IMG/VR virus record: IMGVR_UViG_3300024502_000010
Coordinates: 124,001-188,000 of that record
Length of the DNA stretch: 64,000 nt
Strand: one strand, 5' to 3'
Shown: positions 26,572 to 36,848 of the stretch, piece after piece
Position numbering within the stretch: position 1 is the stretch's first letter
How the letters are laid out: every line of letters begins with the position of its first letter
The notes under the pieces: generated by a model
What the model saw: only the letters and a program-made list of their open reading frames with translations
Told to the model about the DNA's origin: nothing
Databases searched by the model: none
Translations under genes and position numbers: made by a program

Positions 26572-27330
26572 TTACAGAGTAAAAGTTGGAATAGGAATCA
26601 TTTTATGTTTGTTTTGAGTATTAAATCTTTGCAGAATCTTTACTGCACTGCCCGTCCCAAATTCCATTGCCTCTTCAAGTTCTGCGTAAGAAGCACCAAT
26701 TTGAGATTCATCACTTCTACCATCTTCCCAAAGTCCATCAGTAGGAGGTGCAGAAATAATCCGTTCATCAACACCAAGATGTTCCCCCAACATCCAAACC
26801 TCAGTTTTATACAGGTCGGCAATAGGAGCAATATCTACTCCACCATCACCATACTTAGTATAGAATCCTACACCATAATCTTCAACCTTGTTCCCAGTAC
26901 CAACTACAATACCACCAACACATCCAGCAACTTGATACAAAGTAACCATACGAATGCGTGACTTTGTATTTGCATTTGCAAGATTATTCTTGGTAAACTC
27001 TCCTTCCCCTGTCCAGAAATCAAATGACTTCATAAGTTGATCGTATGTACCAGTCAAATCAATTCTAACTTTAGTTACATTATCATACTTATCTTCCAAT
27101 ACATTGGAATAAGAATCAGATAGTTCATCATTTTTAAAAGATGAATGAAGAGGCATAGACAAAACATATGTTGGAAGTCCTGTCTCGGCACAGAGAGTAG
27201 AGACAACGGCAGAATCAATTCCACCAGAGACTCCAACTACAAGAGATTTAATATTATTCTCAGAAGCATAATTTTGAATCCAAGAAACTATTTTATTTTT
27301 TAATTCTGAGTAATCATTAATACGGTTCAT
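26572..27330 (-). CDS. nadE: NH3-dependent NAD+ synthetase
   Basis: GVSGGIDSA, N.KSRIRM, GTGNKVE, YTKYGDGG.D..PI.DLYK and PTDGLW motifs. Confidence 0.95.
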   Translation of the reverse strand: MNRINDYSELKNKIVSWIQNYASENNIKSLVVGVSGGIDSAVVSTLCAETGLPTYVLSMPLHSSFKNDELSDSYSNVLEDKYDNVTKVRIDLTGTYDQLMKSFDFWTGEGEFTKNNLANANTKSRIRMVTLYQVAGCVGGIVVGTGNKVEDYGVGFYTKYGDGGVDIAPIADLYKTEVWMLGEHLGVDERIISAPPTDGLWEDGRSDESQIGASYAELEEAMEFGTGSAVKILQRFNTQNKHKMIPIPTFTL

Positions 27331-28184
27331 AACACAATCCAGTTTTCTACATAAAGGTCTTTAGTATCTTTATCGGCATAAGAAGGTCCAAACCAATTTT
27401 TAGGTGCAATGACCTTTTTATTTGGATTAGAAATTAACCAAGCACCCCACCAACTCATACTACTATTAGCAATAATAGCATGAGAACACAGAGACATCAA
27501 GCACAAATCGGAGTATGGAGTATAGGAACCATCTGCATATTTTTCCTGTGGTTCAGAATGAAGAAAGCGATCACCAGAGAAAAACTCCTGTTCCTTTACC
27601 CATTCGGGAGAGTCGGAAAAAATAACAACTGGTTGCTCATCATCAAACTCTGCTAATGCTTTTTCATAGTATTCAATTGTTTGTGGAGGATGTTGCGAAG
27701 AACACTGAGTATAACTCCACTTAAATCCACGAGGGTCTGTAAGATTAGGATCACCTCTACGAACATGAAGCATAATCGGTTCTTGTCCTTCAAGGGAACT
27801 CATCATTTCTTTACATGGTCCAAGATGCTCATCGTGAAATGTAAAGTCTTTTCTAATTTCATCTGAAATATGTTTGAAATATTTTTCAGATTGAAAGAAC
27901 CCGTGAATACTTACATCATTTGGGCAATTTTCAAAGAGTTCATCATCAAAGTGAAAGAACCTTTCCTGAACATATCCAAAATCATCTCTGACTGCTAAGT
28001 TTTCCTCCTTAACAGATTCTAACTTAAAACACTGATGAAGACTGTAATTTTCAATACCGTTTCTGTTGAATGGGGGGATACACCAATTATATCCATGCTT
28101 GGCAGCAATACCTCTCACTGCTGCATATTCGAACATTTGATTTCCAAGTCTACCAAGATTTCCAATCTGATTAAATGCTAACAT
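27327..28184 (-). CDS. alpha-1,2-fucosyltransferase-like (GT11)
   Basis: GRLGNQMF, GFFQSEKYF, HVRRGD and IIANSSMSWWGA motifs. Confidence 0.9.
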   Translation of the reverse strand: MLAFNQIGNLGRLGNQMFEYAAVRGIAAKHGYNWCIPPFNRNGIENYSLHQCFKLESVKEENLAVRDDFGYVQERFFHFDDELFENCPNDVSIHGFFQSEKYFKHISDEIRKDFTFHDEHLGPCKEMMSSLEGQEPIMLHVRRGDPNLTDPRGFKWSYTQCSSQHPPQTIEYYEKALAEFDDEQPVVIFSDSPEWVKEQEFFSGDRFLHSEPQEKYADGSYTPYSDLCLMSLCSHAIIANSSMSWWGAWLISNPNKKVIAPKNWFGPSYADKDTKDLYVENWIVL

Positions 28185-28986
28185 ATTTTTTAAGATAATT
28201 TTGCTTAGAATAATATTCTTTTAATTGCTCTTTATTCATAGTTTGAATTTTTTCCCACTCTTGCATATTTGATTGCATATGTGGATTACTAAACCAAGAA
28301 TTTTCCCCTCGACTATGTTCTAAGTGATAAACATAATCAGTAATCCTACCTACATTATAATCTAAAGTAGTAAACCTGTAAAATCTTTCTTTATCTTCTG
28401 GTGCATATGCTTTGAAATTTTCATTTTCCATCCCACCATCAATGTAGACTTTACGATTAAAGAACTGAACCCAACCAAAGTCAGAAGTATGAAGATTAGA
28501 ATTCTTATCGAGCACTTGATAATCTTTTGTTTCTAAAAATTCAGAGACAATCTCATCAGTTGCTCTAACCTGATACTGATGCATTCCTTGTCCATAAGGA
28601 TAGATTACATCGTGAGTATGATGAAGAATAGATTGATATGCTTCATGATATGAATCTAAAGGAAGCAAAACATCACAGTCATAATTTACAACGATTTCTG
28701 TTTTGGATTCGGCAATCATTTCATTCAGAACTCTTTGACGATGAAATAGAGGATCATCACTCTTCTCAAAGATATGGTTCACATTTATTTCAACATCCAA
28801 AATATCCTTGAGAATGGGAAGAGCATCCTTTTGAAAAACTGATTCTGAATCTACTTCTTTGATGGTGATATTAGTATCAAAATTTTCCAGAAGAAACGCC
28901 GTTGTTGTAATAACATTACGCAACCTATCTTGAGATTCAATCCGAATAGGAATAATAAATGTTGCTTCCTTTAAATCAATTTTCAT
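28171..28986 (-). CDS. GT-A fold glycosyltransferase (GT2/GT7C-like)
   Basis: YDCD, GGMENENF..Y.PED and YHLEH motifs. Confidence 0.75.
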   Translation of the reverse strand: MKIDLKEATFIIPIRIESQDRLRNVITTTAFLLENFDTNITIKEVDSESVFQKDALPILKDILDVEINVNHIFEKSDDPLFHRQRVLNEMIAESKTEIVVNYDCDVLLPLDSYHEAYQSILHHTHDVIYPYGQGMHQYQVRATDEIVSEFLETKDYQVLDKNSNLHTSDFGWVQFFNRKVYIDGGMENENFKAYAPEDKERFYRFTTLDYNVGRITDYVYHLEHSRGENSWFSNPHMQSNMQEWEKIQTMNKEQLKEYYSKQNYLKKYVSI

Positions 28987-29746
28987 CTGGATACTTCCTG
29001 TTCATGCAAAAATCTCTATGCTTATCCTGTATATAATGATATTCTTTGGTATTGATTAACCACCCACCTTCCGGATGTTCAATTGCAGCATCATATTGAG
29101 AGGTTTGTTGACTACTAATTCTATCATCATGATCTCTATTTGCAACTAATGTATCTTCAATAATATGAGGCATACCATTTTCCCACCTCATGCGATGATA
29201 AAATTCTGTGTCTAAAAATAGTTTCAAATTTTCATCAAAGTGTTGTTTAGAAGTATTCAAAAAAGAGACAACTGTTGGACTACTTAAAAGATTTCTTCCC
29301 TCCAACATATAGTCAGACCACTTTGGAGTTTTGTAATCATAAAATTGTTTGCCATCTTTAGTTCCACAGAATCCACTAAATGCCCACTTACAATTAGTTT
29401 GTTTATATTCTTGGTCTATTATTTCAAGAGCAGAATCGTTCACAAAAATATCATCAGAGAACATAATCTTAATTATCTCTCCCTCACACTCATCTAAAGC
29501 AATATTAATATTTTCGCAGGGAACTTTTCCTTCATACCTCACATACTTAAACTCAAAGTCATCAGAGTATTCTTGACAGACATTCAAGATATTATCATTT
29601 TTACTCTGGTCAGAAACAACAATTTCCAAATCAAGAAGAGTTTGCCTCTTAATGGAATCAAGCAGTTCTCTCATCCATATTGAACCATTTTCTCCACGGT
29701 CATGGGCAGGAATAGCAATAGAAAATCTCATCAGATTCTCTCCCAA
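28976..29746 (-). CDS. glycosyltransferase family 2
   Basis: FSIAIP, IVVSD.S and MFSDD motifs. Confidence 0.8.
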   Translation of the reverse strand: MGENLMRFSIAIPAHDRGENGSIWMRELLDSIKRQTLLDLEIVVSDQSKNDNILNVCQEYSDDFEFKYVRYEGKVPCENINIALDECEGEIIKIMFSDDIFVNDSALEIIDQEYKQTNCKWAFSGFCGTKDGKQFYDYKTPKWSDYMLEGRNLLSSPTVVSFLNTSKQHFDENLKLFLDTEFYHRMRWENGMPHIIEDTLVANRDHDDRISSQQTSQYDAAIEHPEGGWLINTKEYHYIQDKHRDFCMNRKYPDEN

Positions 29747-30531
29747 CCATCAGGAACTAAATCTTTATCATCAACATCCGAACTTGGTCCAAACCAATTC
29801 TTGGGACAAATAACTTTTTCACTTTTAGCAAGCCAAGCACCCCACCAACTAAAAGTACTTGCAGCAATGATATGATATTGGCACATGGACATGAGGCACA
29901 TATCATGAATATTATCACTTGATTCCGAAATTAAAAATCTATCATCCTCAAACAAATTACTATTCTGACACCACTTTGGTTCATCGGAAAATACAATTAC
30001 AGGAATATCTTGCGGAAGTTTAGAAAGTGCTTCAGCAAAATATTCATCTGTCTGAAGATAATGATAATCTTTTTTCTCCACTTGATCGGTTCTTCTTACA
30101 TGCAAAGAAATTGCTTTACCTTCGGGAACTACTTGATCGAATATTTCTTTGCAGGTATTCCAAACATCATCTCTCCAAGTAAAGTCTTGGCGAATTTCAT
30201 TTTCAATGTGCCAGAAATATCTTTCGGATTGAAAATATCCATAGAGATTAATATCATCAGGACATCTTTTCACAAGTTCTTTATCATATCCGAAAGAACT
30301 TTCTTGTTTGTATGGTGCTTTCAATAATCCAACATTTTTAAGTCCCGACATTTTAAATGCCATGAAAAGTTTATGTTGGTTTTCTTCATCATAAAACTCT
30401 TCATCGGTTCTTGGTCCATCAGGAATAATAAAATCATATCCACGAGCAGCAGCGATACCCCTCGTTGATGCATATTGGAACATTTGATTCCCAAATCTCC
30501 CATTTTTACCTAAGTGATTATGTCCTATCAT
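29731..30531 (-). CDS. alpha-1,2-fucosyltransferase-like (GT11)
   Basis: GRFGNQMFQ, GYFQSERYF, HVRR and STFSWWGAWL motifs. Confidence 0.9.
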   Translation of the reverse strand: MIGHNHLGKNGRFGNQMFQYASTRGIAAARGYDFIIPDGPRTDEEFYDEENQHKLFMAFKMSGLKNVGLLKAPYKQESSFGYDKELVKRCPDDINLYGYFQSERYFWHIENEIRQDFTWRDDVWNTCKEIFDQVVPEGKAISLHVRRTDQVEKKDYHYLQTDEYFAEALSKLPQDIPVIVFSDEPKWCQNSNLFEDDRFLISESSDNIHDMCLMSMCQYHIIAASTFSWWGAWLAKSEKVICPKNWFGPSSDVDDKDLVPDGWERI

Positions 30532-31232
30532 TCTAATACAACTCCTGGAGGCAATCTATAATGAAATCCGAAGGGAGTGATCCCTTCACACTCAGGAACT
30601 CTTGCTTCCTGAGAAAATTTAACAGCAACTTCAACCGGAGCAAACTTACATCCTTGCTCAACAAATATGTGTCTGTTGTGTACACATATGTTTCCGTCCT
30701 CATGATAGTTAACAACTCCAGGGGGCATCCAATAGAAATCACTATTGTTTACCTCCCAAGGAACTTCAACTTTATTTGGAACATTTAGAAGTTTTTTACT
30801 TCTCAAAGAAAATCCACCATTACCAACTCGATGATGATTTCCAAAAGGATCAATATAAGAATCCTCAACATATTCCCAAGGAGCGCCTATGTAATCATAT
30901 TCCAACCAACTATCATCCCACTTTTCGGGGAACAAAACAAATCCATCTGGTTGAACTAACAAACAGTGAGATGTTTCTATATGTTCACAAATTTTATAAA
31001 TTACATAATAATTATAATCGTTGTAATTATTAACTTCTATTGTAGGTTCTTCTAAGATAATTCCATCATTTTCAAGTTGATCTTTATGTTTTTCTATTTG
31101 CTCTTTTGTTGTTACTAATTTAACAGCACCATAATTAATACCACTCATACTTGTATATAAAGCACGAAGGGTTTTATCAATTTCTCCAGTAGTGTCTATA
31201 GTAAACAGAGTTACATCAGGAAGATTAATCAT
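30528..31232 (-). CDS. DUF5672-family protein (glycosyltransferase-like)
   Basis: LLVQPDG, YDYIGAPW, VGNGGFSLRS, EDG and FGFH motifs. Confidence 0.8.
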   Translation of the reverse strand: MINLPDVTLFTIDTTGEIDKTLRALYTSMSGINYGAVKLVTTKEQIEKHKDQLENDGIILEEPTIEVNNYNDYNYYVIYKICEHIETSHCLLVQPDGFVLFPEKWDDSWLEYDYIGAPWEYVEDSYIDPFGNHHRVGNGGFSLRSKKLLNVPNKVEVPWEVNNSDFYWMPPGVVNYHEDGNICVHNRHIFVEQGCKFAPVEVAVKFSQEARVPECEGITPFGFHYRLPPGVVLE

Positions 31233-31250
31233 ATATTATTTTTATTATTC

Positions 31251-31790
31251 TCAACCAATCCAGAAACCAATCAGAGCATCAAAATTATGAGCAGGTCCAT
31301 GGGTTTTATCCAACTTAAATCCAAGTTCTTCATAATCAGATTCGTACCAAGAACTCAGATGAGATTCATGAATATTACCATACATCTCACCTTGCTCATA
31401 AACACCATTTGGAGTTTGGATTATAATAAGAGAAAAATATTCTTTTGCTTCTTCCAAAAGTTTTTTAGAAGCATCCATCTCCAGATGCTCTGGACCATCA
31501 GACCAATATAAAATATTTTTATCTTTCTCTTCTTTGTTTACATACTGAGCGAAATTTTCAACAGAATCACATACTACAGTAGCATTATATTCTTCCTTCG
31601 GAAATGCATTAGCATTAGGTTCAAAAATTTCAATAAGAGTTATATTACAATTCCTCTCTTTAAAGAAATCATACTGCCACATATGAGAATCTGGTCTCCA
31701 TCCAACAGTATAAACATTAGTATTTTGCTTCACACTATTAGTCAACTCTCTGGAATACTCTTCACGCATTCCATCCAAATAAAAATCCAT
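31251..31790 (-). CDS. hypothetical protein, possibly methyltransferase-like
   Basis: ORF track; GPEH and TPNG...N.HE.H motifs. Confidence 0.55.
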   Translation of the reverse strand: MDFYLDGMREEYSRELTNSVKQNTNVYTVGWRPDSHMWQYDFFKERNCNITLIEIFEPNANAFPKEEYNATVVCDSVENFAQYVNKEEKDKNILYWSDGPEHLEMDASKKLLEEAKEYFSLIIIQTPNGVYEQGEMYGNIHESHLSSWYESDYEELGFKLDKTHGPAHNFDALIGFWIG

Positions 31791-31791
31791 T

Positions 31792-32865
31792 CTATTTCTC
31801 CAATAATCTTTGCAGTTTATTTATTTTTACTAAAGCACCTTCGGACATATTAGTTCCGCGATTAGGAACTATAAAGTAATCCAATTCTATAGAGCTAGCA
31901 ATATTATACAATGTATACATGCAATCTGTAAACACATACTCTATAAATTTTGTACCTTTAGGGCAGAATATTATATTATAATTTGCTCCGCCATGGCACC
32001 CAACTACAGTATGTGCATTTTTAAAAATATCAAATGTTTCTTCAATCGTATAATTTGTGTCAATATAATCTATAAAATTCAAATCGTTTTTCTCTGCATA
32101 TTGTTTCAAGTAATCAACAGTTTCTTCTTCATTAATAAAAATTCTTGAGGTTGCTGTTTTGTTTCTGTTCAGATAAATTAAATTTTTATTTTCAAATTTC
32201 TCATCTCTCAATATAAACTCATTAGCCTCTTGATAGAAAAAGTTATTCCACCAATAACAAGGCATATGATTATTACAATCAAGTAGATATAACTTGTTTG
32301 CTCTTGCTAAAATTTCAGCATACCTAAATGGAGTATAATTTGGAACATAATATACTGGGTTTTTTAAATTTAATTTATTGAGAAAAAAGTCAGATATAGA
32401 TTTCTTATTAACACCTTCATATAATAAAATTGTTACATCAGGATTCTGTTCAAGAAATTCTCTTGCAAATGCGATAATGGGTAGAGCATCTTGAACAAAG
32501 TGTTGCCATATATAACCACCATAATTTAGAGCAGAGAATACTCGGTCAAACTCTAAGTCAACATATGATGGTTCTATATTTAAAGCTTCTACCCTACTTC
32601 CCTCACAATAATAAGTAAAGTTTTCAATACCTATCATTCTAAAGTAGGAATTATCATATTCTTTCAATAAAAATTCATTAAATGGTAGTTTAAACTCTTC
32701 ACCATCCCACAACTTGGGATAGTTTATTTCCCTCTCGCCCAAGAAAATCATTCCCGTACTCTTAGCATCACTAAGAGAAACTACATCTTCATCACTATCA
32801 ACCTTGATTGGATATGAATAGTGCTTCTCTTTCTCGCTTAATACTTTTTCTTTAATGATTTTCAT
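31792..32865 (-). CDS. GT61-like glycosyltransferase
   Basis: WQHFVQDALP, IYLNR, R...NEEE and VVGCHGGA..N..F motifs. Confidence 0.8.
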   Translation of the reverse strand: MKIIKEKVLSEKEKHYSYPIKVDSDEDVVSLSDAKSTGMIFLGEREINYPKLWDGEEFKLPFNEFLLKEYDNSYFRMIGIENFTYYCEGSRVEALNIEPSYVDLEFDRVFSALNYGGYIWQHFVQDALPIIAFAREFLEQNPDVTILLYEGVNKKSISDFFLNKLNLKNPVYYVPNYTPFRYAEILARANKLYLLDCNNHMPCYWWNNFFYQEANEFILRDEKFENKNLIYLNRNKTATSRIFINEEETVDYLKQYAEKNDLNFIDYIDTNYTIEETFDIFKNAHTVVGCHGGANYNIIFCPKGTKFIEYVFTDCMYTLYNIASSIELDYFIVPNRGTNMSEGALVKINKLQRLLEK

Positions 32866-32868
32866 AGA

Positions 32869-33813
32869 TTATTTCACGTAATAATTATCCCGCTCTTCCT
32901 TACACACACTACCCGGATATAAATCTCCATCAGTATCCAACCATAACCATCTTTCATCATTTACGATTCCATCTTCAGGTCTCCACCAACCATTAGAGCG
33001 AGACCAATCAAACCAATACTTAGGTGCAATTACATTAATAAGTTCATTATTAGTCCAAACTGGCCAAAATGCAAAAGTAGATGCTGAAATAATAGCATAC
33101 TTAGCAGTATTCAAAATACTATAATCAATAGATACTGGACCACCAGGATAAATATACCAACTGATATTCTTTTGGTAAGGATCCTTTTCTTCAGAAATTG
33201 CAGATCCAACAATCTTAACACCAGGAACTAATTGACCAGCAAACTCTGGGTCATCAGTAATGATTACAAACTCAATATCTGGATTATTTTCTTTCATATG
33301 CTTCATAGCAAATCGATAATACTCAGCAGGTAGTACCGAATGCCCAGTTTTGTAGTCACCACCCCTAATTTGAATTACACAGATATTTTCCGAAGAATAG
33401 TCCCGGACTTTATATTTGTCGTCATAAGATAACCAGTCACATATTTTATCTCGATAATCTTCAATATAAGACATCCTCTGGAAGTTACCATTAATATAAG
33501 TATTATCCTTTACTGTAAAGAAATTTTTATCTGCTGCTCCAATTTCTCCAGGAGCAGTTTTATGATGGATGCTTTCTTCTTCATAATAATGTAAGATACC
33601 ATCGGGAAGTTCTCTACAGTCATAAAAATCAGATGCTTGTTCTACATTAAGAGAGATATCTTTTCCAAAATCAAAATTTAAAAATGGACCTCTCCAACCG
33701 GGTGAACTAATCGCATAATCATAACCCAAACGATCAGCAAAGACACGACAACAAACCGCTCTCCAGATTTGGTTTCCCAAACCCGCGTGTTCATGAATAC
33801 TTACTGCTAACAT
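32869..33813 (-). CDS. GT11-like glycosyltransferase
   Basis: GLGNQ, GNFQ, IRGGDY and STFAFW motifs. Confidence 0.8.
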   Translation of the reverse strand: MLAVSIHEHAGLGNQIWRAVCCRVFADRLGYDYAISSPGWRGPFLNFDFGKDISLNVEQASDFYDCRELPDGILHYYEEESIHHKTAPGEIGAADKNFFTVKDNTYINGNFQRMSYIEDYRDKICDWLSYDDKYKVRDYSSENICVIQIRGGDYKTGHSVLPAEYYRFAMKHMKENNPDIEFVIITDDPEFAGQLVPGVKIVGSAISEEKDPYQKNISWYIYPGGPVSIDYSILNTAKYAIISASTFAFWPVWTNNELINVIAPKYWFDWSRSNGWWRPEDGIVNDERWLWLDTDGDLYPGSVCKEERDNYYVK

Positions 33814-33815
33814 AA

Positions 33816-34412
33816 TTATCTCCGATGATATTTGTTACTGTATTTTTTTCTCAAAATAGTAAGACCATTATTCCAAGGAAGTGTTGACCATTCCCAGAAT
33901 TGTGGGTCAAGTTCTGCTACTGCTCTATATGGACCACCACCAGCCCATTGACCATCTTTAAGTGTAAGATCAGAATGGTAGAATGGGTCAGTGCTTCCAT
34001 ACATCAAATCGTGCAAAAGAATAACACTTGTTGGACCAACTAATTCATCAAGAAGTTCTAACTGCTTTTTAACATGAGGATATGAATGCCAGTCATCGAC
34101 ATAAACAACATCTATTTTTTTATCCTTAGGCCAATCTTCAAGGAACTTGATACTATCTCCTTGATGAAATGTATAGTTGCCATTATTTGGTTTAAATTCT
34201 GACGGTGGATTAAGATCAACAGACCACAGATGTCCGTTATTTAACTTTGCTGCTTCATATAAAGGTTCTGTGGTATGTCCTTCCCTAACACCAAGTTCAA
34301 CATATGTAGAACCTTTAGATGCCAAAGCGATTGAAAAAATTGTAATAATATGCCTATCAGAATCTAGGTTTCCGTTTAAAGCTTTATTACAAAAATCAGT
34401 TAGATACTTCAT
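33816..34412 (-). CDS. class I SAM-dependent methyltransferase (Methyltransf_24-like)
   Basis: VELGVREG, VYVDDWH and ILLHD motifs. Confidence 0.8.
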   Translation of the reverse strand: MKYLTDFCNKALNGNLDSDRHIITIFSIALASKGSTYVELGVREGHTTEPLYEAAKLNNGHLWSVDLNPPSEFKPNNGNYTFHQGDSIKFLEDWPKDKKIDVVYVDDWHSYPHVKKQLELLDELVGPTSVILLHDLMYGSTDPFYHSDLTLKDGQWAGGGPYRAVAELDPQFWEWSTLPWNNGLTILRKKYSNKYHRR

Positions 34413-35345
34413 TTAATTCGTGTACTTATTTACGATATTATCAAAAAATTTTGGAAGTGTCAATCCAGACAAATCCATTTTTTGAGCTTTTTGGAATAAA
34501 TGATCGTTTTCTATTAATAGATTTTCATTTACTTCGGAGTATTTATCCACAAAAAGAACAGGGTAATCTGCAAATAAAGTTTCCAAATAAAGATGCCTCT
34601 TCATAATTGGAACTCTTCTCATATAAAGAACTTCCCAATTACGATGACAATCAATAGCATTTCCTCTTGGGCATATCATAAATTTTGATTGACTAAGATT
34701 ATAAAGAAACACAGAAAAAGAAACTCTATTTTCATGTACCACTGCCCAAGATTTATTCCTGAACATTTCTTTTATTCCCTTCCTTTCTTCATTGGAAGAT
34801 TCGTTGTGACTCACATATAAAAGTCCGGGAGGATTATTTGGAAGATTTTTTGAAGCGCCTTTAATTTCAGATACTCTCATATCATTAGGATTCATTGCTC
34901 TCTGCAGTCCATAAGGAGCTGGGATAACTTTTCCACCATTAGCAATAGCATTTACTGCAGAAATGCACAAAACATTATTGGGTATCAAGTCAAAGATATA
35001 ATCATCAATGGGAGTATCCTCAAGATTTGTGAAAATAATAAAATTCATTTCAGGAAAATTTGAGCAAAGATTTAATAAATCACTCCTTTCCATTAATGAA
35101 TTGACATATGGTCTATCAGAATCACTAACCTCAACAATATGTCTTTTATATAAACGAATATTATCAATAAACAGAGTCATATAATCTCTGCTTTTTTTAA
35201 TCTCAAATAATCTATTAACGAATTCAAGATTCAATAAATTAGCATCTTTCATAAATGATGTAAAAATATTCCCCCATTGACCAGACTGGTCTCCGAAAGA
35301 ATAATCACATAGTTTTGAAAGTGCTACACCTTCAATCAATTCCAT
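34413..35345 (-). CDS. exostosin/GT47-like protein
   Basis: SKFMICPRGNAIDCHRNWEVLY...PI. Confidence 0.75.
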   Translation of the reverse strand: MELIEGVALSKLCDYSFGDQSGQWGNIFTSFMKDANLLNLEFVNRLFEIKKSRDYMTLFIDNIRLYKRHIVEVSDSDRPYVNSLMERSDLLNLCSNFPEMNFIIFTNLEDTPIDDYIFDLIPNNVLCISAVNAIANGGKVIPAPYGLQRAMNPNDMRVSEIKGASKNLPNNPPGLLYVSHNESSNEERKGIKEMFRNKSWAVVHENRVSFSVFLYNLSQSKFMICPRGNAIDCHRNWEVLYMRRVPIMKRHLYLETLFADYPVLFVDKYSEVNENLLIENDHLFQKAQKMDLSGLTLPKFFDNIVNKYTN

Positions 35346-36190
35346 GGCGTAATAAATTCTGAATATTTTTCTTGATTATCTACAATGTACTGTGGAAATG
35401 ATTCATCTATAGGAACAGGAAAATAATTTACACCTCTACCCAAAGGGTCTTTCTTTTCACTGACTATATCTTCGGCATTCACTATTATTGAAGGTTGAGC
35501 ATCGGCACCTGCGACCATTTTTTGTTTATATCTTTCCACACCACCAAAATAACTCCAATGCCATCCACCATCTTGAATTCGATAAGATTCATTCCACATA
35601 CTATCTCTCAGTTTGTCTATAGAAAGATTTTTTATTTTTTTCCAAGTACAAATTCTTGAACCTCTCCAATTATCATGATAATGAGTATTAAGATTATAAT
35701 AAAATGCTCTCTGCATTGCAACATATAAATTATTAGGATTAAACCAATTTAGATTTTCTAAAATTAATGGATTTACAATTTCATCAGCATCACTTGTTAT
35801 AACAATATCATCATCAGTCACTCCTGCTTTTTCAATCGAGACTGCAGTATAATTTCTTGCATACATATCCCTTTGATAGGGGAGAGGAATATCAATATAT
35901 CTTTGTCCACAATTTGGATCAATGTCTTCATATGCAGTATGAAATTTTTGTTTTTCTAAAAATGCAGTAAAATCCACAGGGATTTCATCCATTACATCAT
36001 GAATAACCTTATCGTTAAATTTGGAAAAACGTTCTTTGTTCTCCAAATAATAAAGAGGTTTTTCATCACCCATAGTAGTATATGGACATTCTGTTATAAC
36101 AAAATAATCCACATAGTCATAAAGGAGATTGAAACGTATTTCAAGTATCTCTAACTCATTAAAAAATCTAAAGGAATCAAATATTTTCAT
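35336..36190 (-). CDS. glycosyltransferase family 17
   Basis: FFNELEILEIR, VDYFVITE, SDADEI and GGWHWSY motifs. Confidence 0.88.
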   Translation of the reverse strand: MKIFDSFRFFNELEILEIRFNLLYDYVDYFVITECPYTTMGDEKPLYYLENKERFSKFNDKVIHDVMDEIPVDFTAFLEKQKFHTAYEDIDPNCGQRYIDIPLPYQRDMYARNYTAVSIEKAGVTDDDIVITSDADEIVNPLILENLNWFNPNNLYVAMQRAFYYNLNTHYHDNWRGSRICTWKKIKNLSIDKLRDSMWNESYRIQDGGWHWSYFGGVERYKQKMVAGADAQPSIIVNAEDIVSEKKDPLGRGVNYFPVPIDESFPQYIVDNQEKYSEFITPWN

Positions 36191-36848
36191 AAATTTTTTC
36201 TCTGGACAAATAGGTTATCATTCTTTCATTTGGACTATAATCTTTAATAGAATAAGAATAATCATTTTCATTATCGGAAAAAACCATATTACAAAAATCT
36301 CTTAAGGCAGCGGTTACTTGTCCCATATCACAATCATCGATTAAGATATTTTCTATTCCCAATTTTCCACAATTTACCAAATCGGAAATAGCACATTCGT
36401 AACTATGTCCACCATCTACCCATGCCATATCAAATGGAATGTCATCTGGGTTGTCAAAAGAAGTTAAAGTTTCTAAAGAATCTCCGGGAAAAAAAGTAAT
36501 AAAATTTTCACCATAAAGTTCATTAATTGCATCAACACAAAGTTGACTTTCCTCATTAATACCAAAAGTATAAACTTTTACTTCAGGTATTTCTTTTTTA
36601 ACAACGTAAGAATAAAATCCCTTAAAAGTTCCAATTTCCAAGATATACTTTGGTTGAATCTTTTGCAAATATTTTTTATGAAATTTTAATTGGTGAACCA
36701 TATTTTCAGCTGTTCTCCAATTAAATAATCCACCTTCACTATGATCAAACATTCCTTCCAATTTGGAAAGAAATTCATAATCATATTCCAGCAGTTCCGA
36801 TTTAGATTCAAAATCTTGTTTTGTAATTTCGATAGTTCTAGTTGTCAT
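36177..36848 (-). CDS. class I SAM-dependent methyltransferase
   Basis: LEIGT..G.YS, FDMAWVDGGHSY and ILIDD motifs. Confidence 0.8.
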   Translation of the reverse strand: MTTRTIEITKQDFESKSELLEYDYEFLSKLEGMFDHSEGGLFNWRTAENMVHQLKFHKKYLQKIQPKYILEIGTFKGFYSYVVKKEIPEVKVYTFGINEESQLCVDAINELYGENFITFFPGDSLETLTSFDNPDDIPFDMAWVDGGHSYECAISDLVNCGKLGIENILIDDCDMGQVTAALRDFCNMVFSDNENDYSYSIKDYSPNERMITYLSREKIYENI

